From positions 2,303 through 66,302 of the forward strand of contig CAJQTH010000015.1 in the NCBI GenBank assembly GCA_905618905.1: a stretch of 64,000 nt of DNA, in the 5' to 3' direction. Position 1 is the first letter of the stretch; each line of letters opens with the position of its first letter. The notes beneath the pieces are model-generated. The model did not search any database and had not been told where the DNA came from. It was given only the letters and a program-made list of their open reading frames with translations. The stretch comes from an uncultured Candidatus Pelagibacter sp. (GTDB lineage Bacteria; Pseudomonadota; Alphaproteobacteria; Pelagibacterales; Pelagibacteraceae). Shown here piece after piece: positions 1 to 10,689 of the stretch. The translations under genes and the position numbers were made by a program.

Positions 1-1119
1 AGTTACGATTGGAAATTTTTTAGCTTCATCATCCATGTCATTAATGTTAGCTGATGCAGTAATGAAACTATTTTTCAACATAATTAAACTATAAATTGCT
101 TCATGAACCGAAGCAGCACCTAGTGGGTGACCTGAAAGAGATTTAGTAGAACTAATTTTTGGTACCTCAGCACCAAATGCTTCTCCAACACTTTTAAGTT
201 CTGTTATATCTCCAACAGGAGTTGATGTTCCATGAGTGTTTAAGTAGTCCATTTTGTTTTTAGCTGTCGCTAAAGCCATCTTCATACATCTAACAGCACC
301 TTCACCTGATGGGGCTACCATATCATACCCGTCAGAAGTCGCGCCATAGCCTGTTAATTCAGCATATATGTTTGCACCTCTAGCTTTTGCATGCTCGTAC
401 TCCTCAAGCACTAAAACTCCACCACCACCTGCTATTACAAAACCATCTCTAGTTTTATCATAGGCTCTAGAAGCAGTTTCAGGCGTATCATTGTATTTAG
501 AAGACAAAGCAGTCATCGCATCAAACATCGCAGTCATAGCCCAGTGTAACTCTTCACTACCTCCCGCAAATACAACATCCTGTTTCCCCATTTGGATTAA
601 TTCGCTTGCATGGCCAATGCAGTGTCCACTAGTTGCACATGCAGAACTCATCGTATAGTTAACTCCTTTAATTTTAAAAGGTACAGCAAGAGTTGCTGAA
701 GATGTACTAGCCATAGTTCTTGGAACAATAAATGGCCCCATCAATTTTGGTGTCTTAGCTCTAGTCTTATCAACAGACAAAACTACATTTTCTATTGAAG
801 GACCACCAGAACCCATAACTATTCCAGTTTTAAAATTACTCACATCTTTATCCTCTAATCCTGAATCCTTAATAGCTTCTTTCATTGCAATGTAATTATA
901 TGCAGATCCAGAGCCCATAAATCTAATAGTTTTTCTATCTATATGATCTTCAAGTTTAATATTTGGTTTGCCGTGAATATGACTTCTTAAATTGTGTTCT
1001 TTATATTCTTCACAAAAAGATATTCCAGATTTTGAATTTAAAAGAGACTGATAAACTTCTTCTTGATTGTTACCCAAACAAGAAACAACTCCCAAACCTG
1101 TAACTACTACTCTTCTCAT
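1..1119 (-). CDS. fabB: 3-oxoacyl-ACP synthase I (partial, runs off window start)
   Basis: Read manually on minus strand: [22 protein letters not shown]..., [12 protein letters not shown] active-site Cys, HGTSTPVGD motif; ATG overlaps the fabA stop (TAATG). Confidence 0.93.
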   Translation of the reverse strand, partial: MRRVVVTGLGVVSCLGNNQEEVYQSLLNSKSGISFCEEYKEHNLRSHIHGKPNIKLEDHIDRKTIRFMGSGSAYNYIAMKEAIKDSGLEDKDVSNFKTGIVMGSGGPSIENVVLSVDKTRAKTPKLMGPFIVPRTMASTSSATLAVPFKIKGVNYTMSSACATSGHCIGHASELIQMGKQDVVFAGGSEELHWAMTAMFDAMTALSSKYNDTPETASRAYDKTRDGFVIAGGGGVLVLEEYEHAKARGANIYAELTGYGATSDGYDMVAPSGEGAVRCMKMALATAKNKMDYLNTHGTSTPVGDITELKSVGEAFGAEVPKISSTKSLSGHPLGAASVHEAIYSLIMLKNSFITASANINDMDDEAKKFPIVT

Positions 1120-1619
1120 TATTTAAATAACCCCACTTTTAAACTTTCTGCTGAATATATTTTTTTGTCATCAGCAAATACCAAACCATTTGCAAGACCA
1201 ACTGTTGTTCCACCTGGTGCCATAACTTTCTTCATATCAATTTCATATCTTACATTTTTAACATTTTGTAAAACTTCACCAGTGAATTTTACTGTACTCA
1301 CTCCTAAAGCTCTTCCCTTACCTGGGTTGCCAAGCCACCCAAGATAAAAACCAACTAGTTGCCACATAGCATCTAAGCCAAGACAACCTGGCATGACAGG
1401 GTCTCCTTTAAAATGACAATCAAAAAACCAAAGGTCTTCTTTAACATCAAGCTCTGCTTTTAAAGAGCCTTTACTAAATGAACCATTGTCCTCGTTGATT
1501 TCTGTTATTCTATCAAACATGAGCATTGGTGGAAGTGGTAATTTTGCATTACCTGGGCCAAAAAGTTCGCCATTTCCGCAGCTTATTAGCTCATTGTATG
1601 TGAATGAGTTTTTTTTCAT
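1119..1619 (-). CDS. fabA: 3-hydroxydecanoyl-ACP dehydratase/isomerase
   Basis: [37 protein letters not shown] motifs; start trimmed to MKKNSFTY at 1619. Confidence 0.95.
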   Translation of the reverse strand: MKKNSFTYNELISCGNGELFGPGNAKLPLPPMLMFDRITEINEDNGSFSKGSLKAELDVKEDLWFFDCHFKGDPVMPGCLGLDAMWQLVGFYLGWLGNPGKGRALGVSTVKFTGEVLQNVKNVRYEIDMKKVMAPGGTTVGLANGLVFADDKKIYSAESLKVGLFK

Positions 1620-1670
1620 AAATTTCAGTTCCTTAATACTTGATTTATCGTGATTATAATATAGAAATAG

Positions 1671-1687
1671 TTTAGAACTATTATAAA
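1671..1687. promoter_or_regulatory. ICE (Irr-binding) box upstream of irr
   Basis: TTTAGAA-CTA-TTATAAA vs ICE consensus TTTAGAA-N3-TTCTAAA (1 mismatch), 5 bp before the irr ATG. Confidence 0.75.
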
Positions 1688-1692
1688 CAGTA

Positions 1693-2121
1693 ATGAACAA
1701 TATAAGTATATACACTGAAAAATTAAGAGAATCTGGCTTAAGACCAACAAGACAGAGACTAAAAATTTGTGAACTATTGTTTTCACCTGAAAAAACCTTT
1801 CACTTTACAATAAATGATTTGACTAAAATTATTGAGGATAAGCTGAGTGAAAAAATTTCTTTAGCAACAATTTATAATACAATTCATGCATTTAAAAAAA
1901 AAGGATATTTAAAAGAAATTTCTATCAATTCAGATAAAAGTTATTTTGACACTAACGTGACAGAGCACCATCATTTTTTTGATGAAGACACAAATGAACT
2001 AATTGATTGTAGCAACGATGACATTGATTCTGTGAATATAAAAAAAAATATCACAGGAAAAAAAATAAAATCCATAGAAGTGTTAATTAAAGTTGCGAGT
2101 GATAATCAAAATCAAAATTAA
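1693..2121 (+). CDS. irr: Fur-family iron response regulator Irr
   Basis: [31 protein letters not shown] (HHH motif); divergent from fabA as in other alphaproteobacteria. Confidence 0.85.
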   Translation: MNNISIYTEKLRESGLRPTRQRLKICELLFSPEKTFHFTINDLTKIIEDKLSEKISLATIYNTIHAFKKKGYLKEISINSDKSYFDTNVTEHHHFFDEDTNELIDCSNDDIDSVNIKKNITGKKIKSIEVLIKVASDNQNQN

Positions 2122-2150
2122 TTCAATATTTTCAATAACTTAACATTTAC

Positions 2151-2200
2151 ATTAAAACAATTCTAAACTGTTGACTTACATTTTAGAAGGATTATATATA
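2151..2200 (+). promoter_or_regulatory. rubrerythrin promoter with two ICE-like boxes
   Basis: ATTAAAA-CAA-TTCTAAA (2151-2167) and TTTAGAA-GGA-TTATATA (2182-2198) flank TTGACT (2171-2176); AAGGAG RBS follows. Confidence 0.65.
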
Positions 2201-2226
2201 TCTCATAATCATTAAGGAGAAAAAAT

Positions 2227-2643
2227 ATGTCATTAAAGGGTAGTAAAACAGAAGAAAACTTAAAAGATGCATTTGCAGGTGAGAGCCAAGCAAACAGACG
2301 TTATTTATATTTCGCTCAAAAAGCAGATATTGAAGGTTATAACGATGTAGCATCTGTATTTAGATCTACAGCTGAAGGTGAAACAGGTCATGCACACGGA
2401 CACCTTGAATATCTCGAGGAAGTTGGTGATCCAGCTACAGGGCTGCCGATTGGTGAAACTAAAGATAATTTAGCTTCAGCAGTACAAGGTGAAACACACG
2501 AATATACAGACATGTATCCAGGTATGGCAAAAACAGCTAGAGAAGAAGGCTTTTCAGAAATTGCTGATTGGTTTGAAACTTTAGCAAAAGCTGAAAAATC
2601 ACACGCAGGTAAATTCCAAAAAACATTAGAATCTATTGCGTAA
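2227..2643 (+). CDS. rbr: Rubrerythrin (short type lacking rubredoxin domain)
   Basis: [37 protein letters not shown] di-iron motifs. Confidence 0.92.
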   Translation: MSLKGSKTEENLKDAFAGESQANRRYLYFAQKADIEGYNDVASVFRSTAEGETGHAHGHLEYLEEVGDPATGLPIGETKDNLASAVQGETHEYTDMYPGMAKTAREEGFSEIADWFETLAKAEKSHAGKFQKTLESIA

Positions 2644-2657
2644 ATAAGACTTAATTT

Positions 2658-2680
2658 ATGGTGGGGTTCTTCCCCACCAT
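2658..2680 (+). other. GC-rich hairpin after rbr (mRNA stabiliser or partial terminator)
   Basis: ATGGTGGGG-TTCTT-CCCCACCAT perfect 9-bp stem, no U-tract. Confidence 0.6.
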
Positions 2681-2700
2681 CAAATCCTTAAATTTTAAAT

Positions 2701-4032
2701 ATGAGCAAAGAAGGCAGTATAGACGCGCCTACAAGACATCCAATAAATTTTGAGCATCCTGATTTTTTAGATCAAAAAAAATTAGATGACGAAATGAGAA
2801 GAACATTTGATATCTGTCATGGATGTAGAAGATGTTTTAATTTATGTGACTCTTTCCCAAAATTATTTGACATGATAGATGAGTCAGAAAACGAGGATGT
2901 AGAGAGTCTAAAAAGTGAACAATTTGAACCTGTAGTAGATGCCTGCACATTATGTGACATGTGTTTTATGACTAAGTGTCCTTATGTTCCACCACATGAT
3001 TTTGATTTAGATTTTCCTCATTTAATGCTGAGATATAGAACAGCTCAAAAAAAATTAAATAAATTGCCAGTTGTTCCAGCTCAGTTAGCTAAAATAGATA
3101 GAAATGCAAAAATTGGCGTAATGTTATCATCACTAATAAACTGGGCATCAAGCACTAAAAATATATTCTTTAGAAAAATATTAGAATTAGTTGCTGGAAT
3201 TGATATGAGAGTTAAACTTCCTACTTATAATTCAGAAACATTTACAAATTATTTTAAAAAAAATAATATTCCAACAAATAGTGAAGCCCCATCTAAAGAT
3301 AGAAAGGTTGTAATTTATTCAACATGCTTTGTTAATTTTAATAAAAAAGATACAGGTGTAGCAGCATTAAAAGTTTTAAAGAAAAATGGAGTAGAGGTTC
3401 AAGAAGCTTATCCGGGTTGTTGTGGAATGCCTTATCTTGAGCAAGCTGATTTACCAAAAGTTGTAGAACAAGCTAAAAAAGTTTCCAAAGATTTACTGGA
3501 GTGGGTAGATAAGGGTTATCAAATTATTACTTTAACAGCTAGTTGTGGTCTAATGTTAAAATTTGAATGGCCTTTACTATTACCAAACGATAAAAATATA
3601 AAAAGACTTTCAAAAAGTATTAGTGATATAGATGAATATATTGTTGATATAGCGCAAAACGAAGGCCTAGCAGAAGGTTTACAAGAAATTGATGGTGGAG
3701 TTACAGTTCACAACGCATGTCATGCAAGAGCACAAAACATGGGTATTAAATCCAGAGATATGCTGAAATTTATTCCTAATATAAAAATGGATGTTGTTGA
3801 AAGATGCGCTGGTCATGGGGGGACTTTTGGTGTGATGAAGGAGACTCACGATTTAGCTGTAAAAGTTGGAACTCCAACAGCAAGGCAAATTAAAAATAAA
3901 AATAATAAATATATGGCTTCAGATTGCCCTTTGGCAGGTAAGCATTTAAAACAATTGGAAACAGACACAAATATTGCAAATGATGAGGCACTTCACCCTA
4001 TCGAATTAATAGCAAAAAGTTATAAATTATAA
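2701..4032 (+). CDS. Fe-S oxidoreductase, GlpC/heterodisulfide reductase-like (rubrerythrin-associated)
   Basis: CHGCRRCFNLC and CTLCDMCFMTKCP ferredoxin motifs, GCCG and RCAG CCG domains. Confidence 0.85.
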   Translation: MSKEGSIDAPTRHPINFEHPDFLDQKKLDDEMRRTFDICHGCRRCFNLCDSFPKLFDMIDESENEDVESLKSEQFEPVVDACTLCDMCFMTKCPYVPPHDFDLDFPHLMLRYRTAQKKLNKLPVVPAQLAKIDRNAKIGVMLSSLINWASSTKNIFFRKILELVAGIDMRVKLPTYNSETFTNYFKKNNIPTNSEAPSKDRKVVIYSTCFVNFNKKDTGVAALKVLKKNGVEVQEAYPGCCGMPYLEQADLPKVVEQAKKVSKDLLEWVDKGYQIITLTASCGLMLKFEWPLLLPNDKNIKRLSKSISDIDEYIVDIAQNEGLAEGLQEIDGGVTVHNACHARAQNMGIKSRDMLKFIPNIKMDVVERCAGHGGTFGVMKETHDLAVKVGTPTARQIKNKNNKYMASDCPLAGKHLKQLETDTNIANDEALHPIELIAKSYKL

Positions 4033-4034
4033 CT

Positions 4035-4628
4035 ATGAGTAAAGAAAAAAAAGAAATAGAAAAAAAAGATTTATTATCACCTGATGTTTATGCAAAAAGT
4101 AGAAAGCAAATCAGAAAAGATTTAGTTGAGTTTAAAAAAGATAGAAGAATAGCACTTGGTCCTTATGCTACTTTTTATTTTGAAAGTTTTGAAACTATGG
4201 TTGCTCAAGTTCAGGAGATGCTTCACATTGAAAAAGGTGGAGATGAGCAATTAAAAGATGAGTTAATAGCCTACAACCCTTTGGTTCCAAATGGAAAAGA
4301 ACTTACAGCTACACTAATGTTTGAAATTGATAACCCAATTTCAAGAGCTGCATTTTTAGGTAAAGTTGGAGGAATTGAAGAAAAAATATTTATAAAAATT
4401 AATGATGAAATTGTTAAAGCTGTTCCAGAAGAAGATGTTGATAGAACATCTGCAGAAGGAAAAGCATCTTCAGTACAGTTTATCCATTTTAAATTAAATG
4501 ATGATCAAATTTTTAAATTTAAGTCAGATAGTGCAACTATTGAACTTGGGATTGATCACAAAGAGTATACCCACACTACAAGACTAGCTGAAAATAGTGT
4601 TAAATCACTATGTGCTGATTTTATTTAA
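4035..4628 (+). CDS. DUF3501 family protein
   Basis: RRIALGPYATFYFE, QVQEMLHIEKGG, YNPLVP..ELTATLMFEI, KASSVQFIHF; typical third gene of this rubrerythrin cluster. Confidence 0.8.
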   Translation: MSKEKKEIEKKDLLSPDVYAKSRKQIRKDLVEFKKDRRIALGPYATFYFESFETMVAQVQEMLHIEKGGDEQLKDELIAYNPLVPNGKELTATLMFEIDNPISRAAFLGKVGGIEEKIFIKINDEIVKAVPEEDVDRTSAEGKASSVQFIHFKLNDDQIFKFKSDSATIELGIDHKEYTHTTRLAENSVKSLCADFI

Positions 4629-5070
4629 TAGAACCCCAAATATTTTCAGTCTTGACCCAACCTGAATAATTATCGGTTTTTACATTACACCATATATTTT
4701 CACATTTTTTTAAAACTAATAGCCTTCCTTTTTCTAGTTTGGCTATTGGTTTTGAAAAGTTAGATGGTTTTTTATATAAGATTTTGTCTTCTAAGATGAT
4801 AATAGAGTTTGATTTTTTAACCTGAGAAACATGGATCCATCCACTATTATTTTTTAAGTCTACAATTCTTCTAAAATTTTCTTTTTGATCTATTTGTTTT
4901 ATGGGTAAATTTATTTTTTTATAAATATATTTGATCTCTGAATCAAAACTTGGTCCATATCGAACATTTACTTTACTTTTTTTTAAAGAGAGAAACTTTT
5001 CTTCTGCTATTGAAAATTGACCAAATAAAACTGATAGATACAAAACACAAATAGCTATTTTTTTTATCAT
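4621..5070 (-). CDS. Bacterial SH3-domain protein, secreted
   Basis: Signal peptide, VNVRYGPS, GWIH and GWV tandem SH3 motifs. Confidence 0.8.
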   Translation of the reverse strand: MIKKIAICVLYLSVLFGQFSIAEEKFLSLKKSKVNVRYGPSFDSEIKYIYKKINLPIKQIDQKENFRRIVDLKNNSGWIHVSQVKKSNSIIILEDKILYKKPSNFSKPIAKLEKGRLLVLKKCENIWCNVKTDNYSGWVKTENIWGSIK

Positions 5071-5822
5071 TTACAAAAACAGTTTTTTCTTTTTTTAAGT
5101 TTAACTTTTCTAAAATTTAATTGTAATAAATCTAAGATAAAAATATATCCATCAAGACTCTTTCCAATACCAAGTATTTTCTTTAAAACTTCGTTTGCCT
5201 GTATAGTTCCAATTATACCAGCAACAGTACCAAGAATACCTTCTGACTCACAATTTAATAAATCATCTGAAATATTAGAGTCTTGAAAAAAACATCTTAA
5301 ACATGGAATTTTTTTATTTTTAAAATTAAAAGTAAATATATGACCATCAAATTTACTTATAGCTCCAGTTACAAGTATTTTTTTAAATTTATAACAAAAA
5401 TCATTTAATAAAAATTTTGTCGAAAAATTATCAGAGCCATCAACTATATAATCATAATCTTTTATAATTTTCTTAAAATTATTTTTATTCAGTCTTATTT
5501 TGTGAATCTTAATTTTAATACTTGGGTTTATTTCTTTAATTTTAACCCTTGCTACTTGAACTTTAAATTTTCCTATATCACTGGTGTTATAAAGACTTTG
5601 TCTGTGTAGATTGGATAAACTAATCTTATCATCATCAACTATTCCTATCAAACCAACACCAGCTCTTGTAAGAAGTTCAGCAACAGGAGACCCTAAGCCA
5701 CCCATTCCAACAATTAAAACCTTTGCAGATATAATTTTTTTTTGCCCTATAGTGCCAATATCCTTTAGTACTATTTGTCTTGAATATCTCTCTATTGATG
5801 ATTTTCTTAATTGGTTATTCAT
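5067..5822 (-). CDS. MoeB/ThiF/HesA family adenylyltransferase
   Basis: RYSRQI, GMGGLG, SNLHRQ, CLRC, CESEGILG. Confidence 0.88.
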   Translation of the reverse strand: MNNQLRKSSIERYSRQIVLKDIGTIGQKKIISAKVLIVGMGGLGSPVAELLTRAGVGLIGIVDDDKISLSNLHRQSLYNTSDIGKFKVQVARVKIKEINPSIKIKIHKIRLNKNNFKKIIKDYDYIVDGSDNFSTKFLLNDFCYKFKKILVTGAISKFDGHIFTFNFKNKKIPCLRCFFQDSNISDDLLNCESEGILGTVAGIIGTIQANEVLKKILGIGKSLDGYIFILDLLQLNFRKVKLKKRKNCFCK

Positions 5823-6256
5823 TTACCTGTCGAGCCAAATCCACCATCACCTCGTAATGTATCAGGCAAATTATCTGTTTCATCAAGCTCCATCTTAATT
5901 ACAGGCGTTAAGATCATTTGTGCTATTCTATCTTTATTGTTGATAAGGAAATCTTCTTTACCATGATTAAAAAGTATAACTTTAATTTCTCCTCTATAAT
6001 CACTATCAATTGTTCCTGGGGTATTTAAAACTGTAATACTCTTTTTAGCAGCCAAACCAGATCGGGGACGAATTTGAATTTCATAATCCTCTGAAAATGC
6101 CATTGAAAGCCCTGTAGGAACCAAATATGAGCTATTAGGAGCCATTCTAATAGGCTCCTCAATAAAAGCCATCAAATCCATACCTGAAGCACCGTCTGTT
6201 TTGTAAGCAGGTAATTCTACTTTAGGATTTAATTTTTTGATTAATACTTTAGCCAC
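5819..6256 (-). CDS. dut: dUTP diphosphatase
   Basis: ASGMDL, RPRSGLA, NTPGTIDSDYRGE, RGDGGFGSTG; GTG start. Confidence 0.96.
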   Translation of the reverse strand: MAKVLIKKLNPKVELPAYKTDGASGMDLMAFIEEPIRMAPNSSYLVPTGLSMAFSEDYEIQIRPRSGLAAKKSITVLNTPGTIDSDYRGEIKVILFNHGKEDFLINNKDRIAQMILTPVIKMELDETDNLPDTLRGDGGFGSTGK

Positions 6257-6262
6257 TGAATT

Positions 6263-7468
6263 TTAATTTAATTTTTTAATAACTCTATCTACTATTTCAT
6301 CAGAAATTTCAGATTTACTTTTTATTGTAAGCTTTTCATCATTCATATTTTTATCTCTATAATAAATTGAAACTTCATTAAAACTAGAGTCAAATCCAAT
6401 TGCTTTATTGGAAACATCATTTGCTATTATCCAGTCACAATTTTTTTCTTCTAATTTTTTTTTTGCATTTACTTCCACATCAACAGTTTCTGCCGCAAAT
6501 CCAATTACCAACTTTGGTCTAAGAGAATTATGTTTTGATATATAATTTAAAATATCAATATTTTTTTCTAGTTCTAAATGTAATTTTTCCTGCTTTTTTA
6601 TTTTATTACTGTTTATTTCTTTGACTTTAAAGTCAGCAACAGCTGCTGAAAAAATTGCTACATCTGCTGGTAGATTATTCTGTGTAGCTTTAAACATCTC
6701 ATCTGCAGTTTCTACTTTAATTAAGTTTATATTGCTGCTTACTTCTAAATTTGTAGGTCCAGAAATTAAAGTGGTTTGAAAGCCTTTTTTAGCTAATGAT
6801 TTTGCTAAGGCATATCCTTGTTTTCCAGAAGACTTATTTGTTATAAATCTTACAGGGTCAATATATTCATTAGTTGGTCCAGCCGTTACTAAGGCTTTTA
6901 ATTTATAATTTTTATTTAATTCACCAAAGTATGAATTAATTTCTTGAACAATGTTAACTGGTTCAGTCATTTTCCCTTCACCAAATTCTCCACAGGCCAT
7001 ATCACCAATTTCAGGACCTATAATCTTATAACCAAATGATTGTAATTTTTTAAGATTTTCTTTAGTTGATGGGTGTTCCCACATTCTAACGTTCATAGCC
7101 GGTGTTAAAAAAATATCTTTATCAGAAGCTAAAATTACAGCTGAAGCAAGATCGTCAGAAGACCCTGCACTCAATTTTGAAATTGTATTAGCTGTAGCTG
7201 GAGCCACAACAATTAAGTCTGCCCATCTAGATAGTGAAATATGATCCATTTCAGCCTCATTTTCAGGGTTAAATAAGTCTTCGTAAACTTTTTCTTGAGA
7301 TAGTGAGGCAACCGACAAAGGAGTTACAAATTCTTTGGCACTTTTAGTAAGAATAGTTTTAACTTTTACATCTAATTTCTTTAAAGATCTGATTAATTCC
7401 AAACTTTTGTAAGCAGATATGCCACCGCATATTATTAAAAGTATTTTTCTTTCAGATATATTGTTCAT
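6263..7468 (-). CDS. coaBC: Phosphopantothenoylcysteine decarboxylase/ligase
   Basis: GGISAYKS, PAMNVRMW, MACGEFGEG, TAGPT..IDPVRFITNKSSGKQG. Confidence 0.96.
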   Translation of the reverse strand: MNNISERKILLIICGGISAYKSLELIRSLKKLDVKVKTILTKSAKEFVTPLSVASLSQEKVYEDLFNPENEAEMDHISLSRWADLIVVAPATANTISKLSAGSSDDLASAVILASDKDIFLTPAMNVRMWEHPSTKENLKKLQSFGYKIIGPEIGDMACGEFGEGKMTEPVNIVQEINSYFGELNKNYKLKALVTAGPTNEYIDPVRFITNKSSGKQGYALAKSLAKKGFQTTLISGPTNLEVSSNINLIKVETADEMFKATQNNLPADVAIFSAAVADFKVKEINSNKIKKQEKLHLELEKNIDILNYISKHNSLRPKLVIGFAAETVDVEVNAKKKLEEKNCDWIIANDVSNKAIGFDSSFNEVSIYYRDKNMNDEKLTIKSKSEISDEIVDRVIKKLN

Positions 7469-7476
7469 TGTGCGAA

Positions 7477-9045
7477 TTAAAATACTACTAGACCAAAAAT
7501 TACAAGCAGTAATAAACCAACAATAGATTGATTTCTAAAGGTAGTCATTTCAGATCTCTTTTCATTTAAGGCTGTAAATGAGTTTGAATTTTGAGGGATC
7601 TGTCCACTTGCTAAAAACGATAAAGCTTGGTTGGCTTTATCCATAATCTCCGGAAAATCAGGCAATCTTTTAATTACTTCAGTGGTAGTTTTTAAACTTT
7701 CATTTAAGGTATTGATTGGATCTTTTGTTTCTCTTAACCAATTTTCTAAAACTGGTTTTGAAGTCTCCCATATATTGGTATTAGGGTTAAGTTTTCTGGC
7801 CACCCCCTCAACAACTACCATTGTTTTTTGTAACATCAATAATTGAGGTTGTGTTTGCATATTAAATTTTTCAGTAACTTCAAAAAGCTGTTTTAATAAT
7901 TTTCCCCCAGAAATATCTTTTACGGATTGCCCAAAGATTGGCTCACCAATAGATCTTAATGCTTGTGCTAAATCATTAACAGGTACATCTTTTGGAACTA
8001 GACCGGCAACCAAATGTACTTCAGCAACTTTTTTGTAGTCTCTTTGAATAAATCCAAATAAAATTTCAGCTAAAAATCTTTTACTAAGGTTGTCTAATCT
8101 TCCCATTATACCAAAATCTATAGGAACAATTTGTCCATTATCATCGATAAATATATTTCCTTGATGCATATCAGCATGAAAAAAACCATCTCTTACAGCA
8201 TGTCTTAAAAAATGCTGAATAACATCAGAGGCTATCCTTTTAGTATCTATGTTTCTTTTTTGTAAATCTTCTGTTTCACGAATAGAAACACCGTCAACCC
8301 AATCAAGTGTCATGACATTTTCGCTTGTAAAATTCCAATAAATAGCAGGAACCCTAAAACCTGCATCATTCTTTGTATTTTCAGCATATTCATTTGCAGC
8401 AGCTGCCTCAAATCTTAAATCCATTTCTAAATTAGTTATTTCTTTAAGAAGAAAAACAACTTCTACCAATTTTAATCTTTTTGTTTTTTTAATAAATGAC
8501 TCAATCATAAAAGCAAAAAGCATCAAAGCATCTATTTCTTCATTAAATACTTTTTTTATATCTGGTCTCAAAATTTTAATAGCAACATCTTTTATGGTTC
8601 CATTGTCATTTATTTTTGCCTTATGAACCTGTGCTATTGAAGCTGCTGCAACTGGCTCACTTAAATCAATGATAGAATTGTAGGTATCGTCTCCTAGGTC
8701 TTTTTTAATTATTATTTTTGCTTCAGATAAAGTAAAGGCTGGCAATCTATCTTGTAAGCCTTCTAACTGTTTTGCTAAATCATCTCCAATAATATCAGGT
8801 CTAGTGACTAAAAATTGTCCTAATTTAATAAATGTTGTTCCCATTGATTGTAGAGACCTAGAAAGTCTTGCTCCCTCATTTTCATTTAAATTAGTTCTAC
8901 CTGGGGATGAAAAAGAAAATGAAAGTATTTGAAAAAGAATCTTGATTGCTAATGGTGGCTTTTTAAACTTAGAAAGAATGGCCAATACATCAGAACAAGC
9001 TAATTTTCTTCCCAATTTAAATAAGATAAATATTTTTTTTAACAT
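7477..9045 (-). CDS. ubiB: Ubiquinone biosynthesis kinase-like protein
   Basis: FIKLGQ, AAASIAQVH, GFFHADMHQGN, DFGIMG; start at TAATG overlap with ubiE. Confidence 0.95.
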   Translation of the reverse strand: MLKKIFILFKLGRKLACSDVLAILSKFKKPPLAIKILFQILSFSFSSPGRTNLNENEGARLSRSLQSMGTTFIKLGQFLVTRPDIIGDDLAKQLEGLQDRLPAFTLSEAKIIIKKDLGDDTYNSIIDLSEPVAAASIAQVHKAKINDNGTIKDVAIKILRPDIKKVFNEEIDALMLFAFMIESFIKKTKRLKLVEVVFLLKEITNLEMDLRFEAAAANEYAENTKNDAGFRVPAIYWNFTSENVMTLDWVDGVSIRETEDLQKRNIDTKRIASDVIQHFLRHAVRDGFFHADMHQGNIFIDDNGQIVPIDFGIMGRLDNLSKRFLAEILFGFIQRDYKKVAEVHLVAGLVPKDVPVNDLAQALRSIGEPIFGQSVKDISGGKLLKQLFEVTEKFNMQTQPQLLMLQKTMVVVEGVARKLNPNTNIWETSKPVLENWLRETKDPINTLNESLKTTTEVIKRLPDFPEIMDKANQALSFLASGQIPQNSNSFTALNEKRSEMTTFRNQSIVGLLLLVIFGLVVF

Positions 9046-9749
9046 TAGATTTTCCAACCCGAATGGATAGCTACAATTCCACCTGATAAATTTCTATAAC
9101 TACAGTTAATAAATCTATTTTTATTCATTAAATCGATTAACTCTTCTTGATTAATAAATTCTTCAATGCTTTTAATTAGATATTCATAAGGCTCTTTTTG
9201 TCCAGCAATAGCTTTTCCAATCAAAGGAATAAGTTTAGAATAATTTTTATAAATAAAGTCCAAATTAGAATTTTGAATTTTAGAAAATTCTAAACATAGA
9301 TAACGACCTCCTGGTTTTAATACTCTATAAGCCTCTGATAGGGCTTTGTTTAGGTCTTTAGTATTTCGTAGCCCAAAACTAATTGTGTAGTAATCACAAG
9401 AATTATCTTTAATAGGCAATTTTTCAGCTGGGGCTATTATCCAATTTATATTTTTATAAGTACTTAACTTTTCTTTGCCTTTACCAATCATTCCCTTATT
9501 TGGATCGACACAAAATATTTCTCCATTTTTATCAGTTGCATCTAAAAAAAGTTTACCAAGATCTCCAGTACCGCAGGCGACATCAATTAAAATTTTATTA
9601 TTTGAAGGGTTCATCCAACTTAATAGATCTTTTTTCCAAACCCTATGAACTCCTAACGACATAAAGTCATTCATTAAATCATATTTGTCATAGACATCAT
9701 CAAAGACACTTTGGACAAGGCCTTTTTTATTTTGGAGATATTGTTGCAT
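9045..9749 (-). CDS. ubiE: Ubiquinone/menaquinone C-methyltransferase
   Basis: YDLMNDFMSLGVHRVWK, DVACGTGD, ISFGLRN, RVLKPGG. Confidence 0.96.
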   Translation of the reverse strand: MQQYLQNKKGLVQSVFDDVYDKYDLMNDFMSLGVHRVWKKDLLSWMNPSNNKILIDVACGTGDLGKLFLDATDKNGEIFCVDPNKGMIGKGKEKLSTYKNINWIIAPAEKLPIKDNSCDYYTISFGLRNTKDLNKALSEAYRVLKPGGRYLCLEFSKIQNSNLDFIYKNYSKLIPLIGKAIAGQKEPYEYLIKSIEEFINQEELIDLMNKNRFINCSYRNLSGGIVAIHSGWKI

Positions 9750-9784
9750 ATTAAGTTTATTATATATTGATAATATAGTCTCAA

Positions 9785-10648
9785 ATGCCAGAATTACCAG
9801 AAGTAGAAATAGTCAAACAATCTTTATCTAAAAAAATAGAGCGTAAAAAAATCAAAAAAATAATAATTACGAATAGAAATTTAAGATTTAAAATTCCTAT
9901 AAAATTTGAAGAATTATTAAAAAATAAGACTATTAAAAAAGTAACTAGATTCTCAAAGTATTTGATCTTGAATTTTTCTGATGAATCTTATTGTTTAATT
10001 CATTTAGGGATGTCCGGGACTGTGCATTTAATAAAAAAAGATAATATTAGCAAGTTTACCAATACTAGTTTTTATAACTCACCAAGCCTTCCAAAAAAAC
10101 ATAACCATGTTGAAATTCATTTTGAGGGCTTAAAAGTTATATATAATGATCCTAGAAGATTTGGTTTTTTTAAATTTATAGAAAACAAGAAGGAACTCGA
10201 AAAAAGATTTAATCATTTAGGACCAGAACCTTTCTTTAAAAATTTTAATTTAGAATATTTAATTAATTATTTCAAAAATAAAAAGAAGGATATAAAAAGT
10301 TTCTTATTAGATCAAAAGTTTGTATCAGGAATTGGAAATATTTATGCTAGTGAAATTTTATTTTTATGTAAAATTAATCCAACTATCTACGCATCAAAGT
10401 TAACCAAGCAAGATTGCAAAAAGATTATTACTTATTCAAAAAGTATACTTAATAGAGCTATTAAAAAAGGAGGGTCAACTATTCGAGATTTTAAAAACAT
10501 CACAGGAAAAAGTGGAAACTTCCAAAAAGAATTTAGAGTTTACCAAAGAGAAGACCTAAGCTGCCTAAGAAATAAATGTAATGGGAAAATTCAGAAAATA
10601 TTTATATCTAATAGATCAACTTTCTTTTGTAACACTTGCCAAAAATAG
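9785..10648 (+). CDS. mutM: Formamidopyrimidine-DNA glycosylase
   Basis: MPELPEVE N-terminus, HLGMSG, GIGNIYASE, C-terminal zinc finger. Confidence 0.97.
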   Translation: MPELPEVEIVKQSLSKKIERKKIKKIIITNRNLRFKIPIKFEELLKNKTIKKVTRFSKYLILNFSDESYCLIHLGMSGTVHLIKKDNISKFTNTSFYNSPSLPKKHNHVEIHFEGLKVIYNDPRRFGFFKFIENKKELEKRFNHLGPEPFFKNFNLEYLINYFKNKKKDIKSFLLDQKFVSGIGNIYASEILFLCKINPTIYASKLTKQDCKKIITYSKSILNRAIKKGGSTIRDFKNITGKSGNFQKEFRVYQREDLSCLRNKCNGKIQKIFISNRSTFFCNTCQK

Positions 10649-10660
10649 GAAATTATTCTA

Positions 10661-10689
10661 TTGACCGGTATAAATTCTCAAGCTATACC
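10661..10689 (+). promoter_or_regulatory. Putative sigma70 promoter of rpsT
   Basis: TTGACC-17 bp-TATACC, ending 9 bp before the ATG at 10699. Confidence 0.55.
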
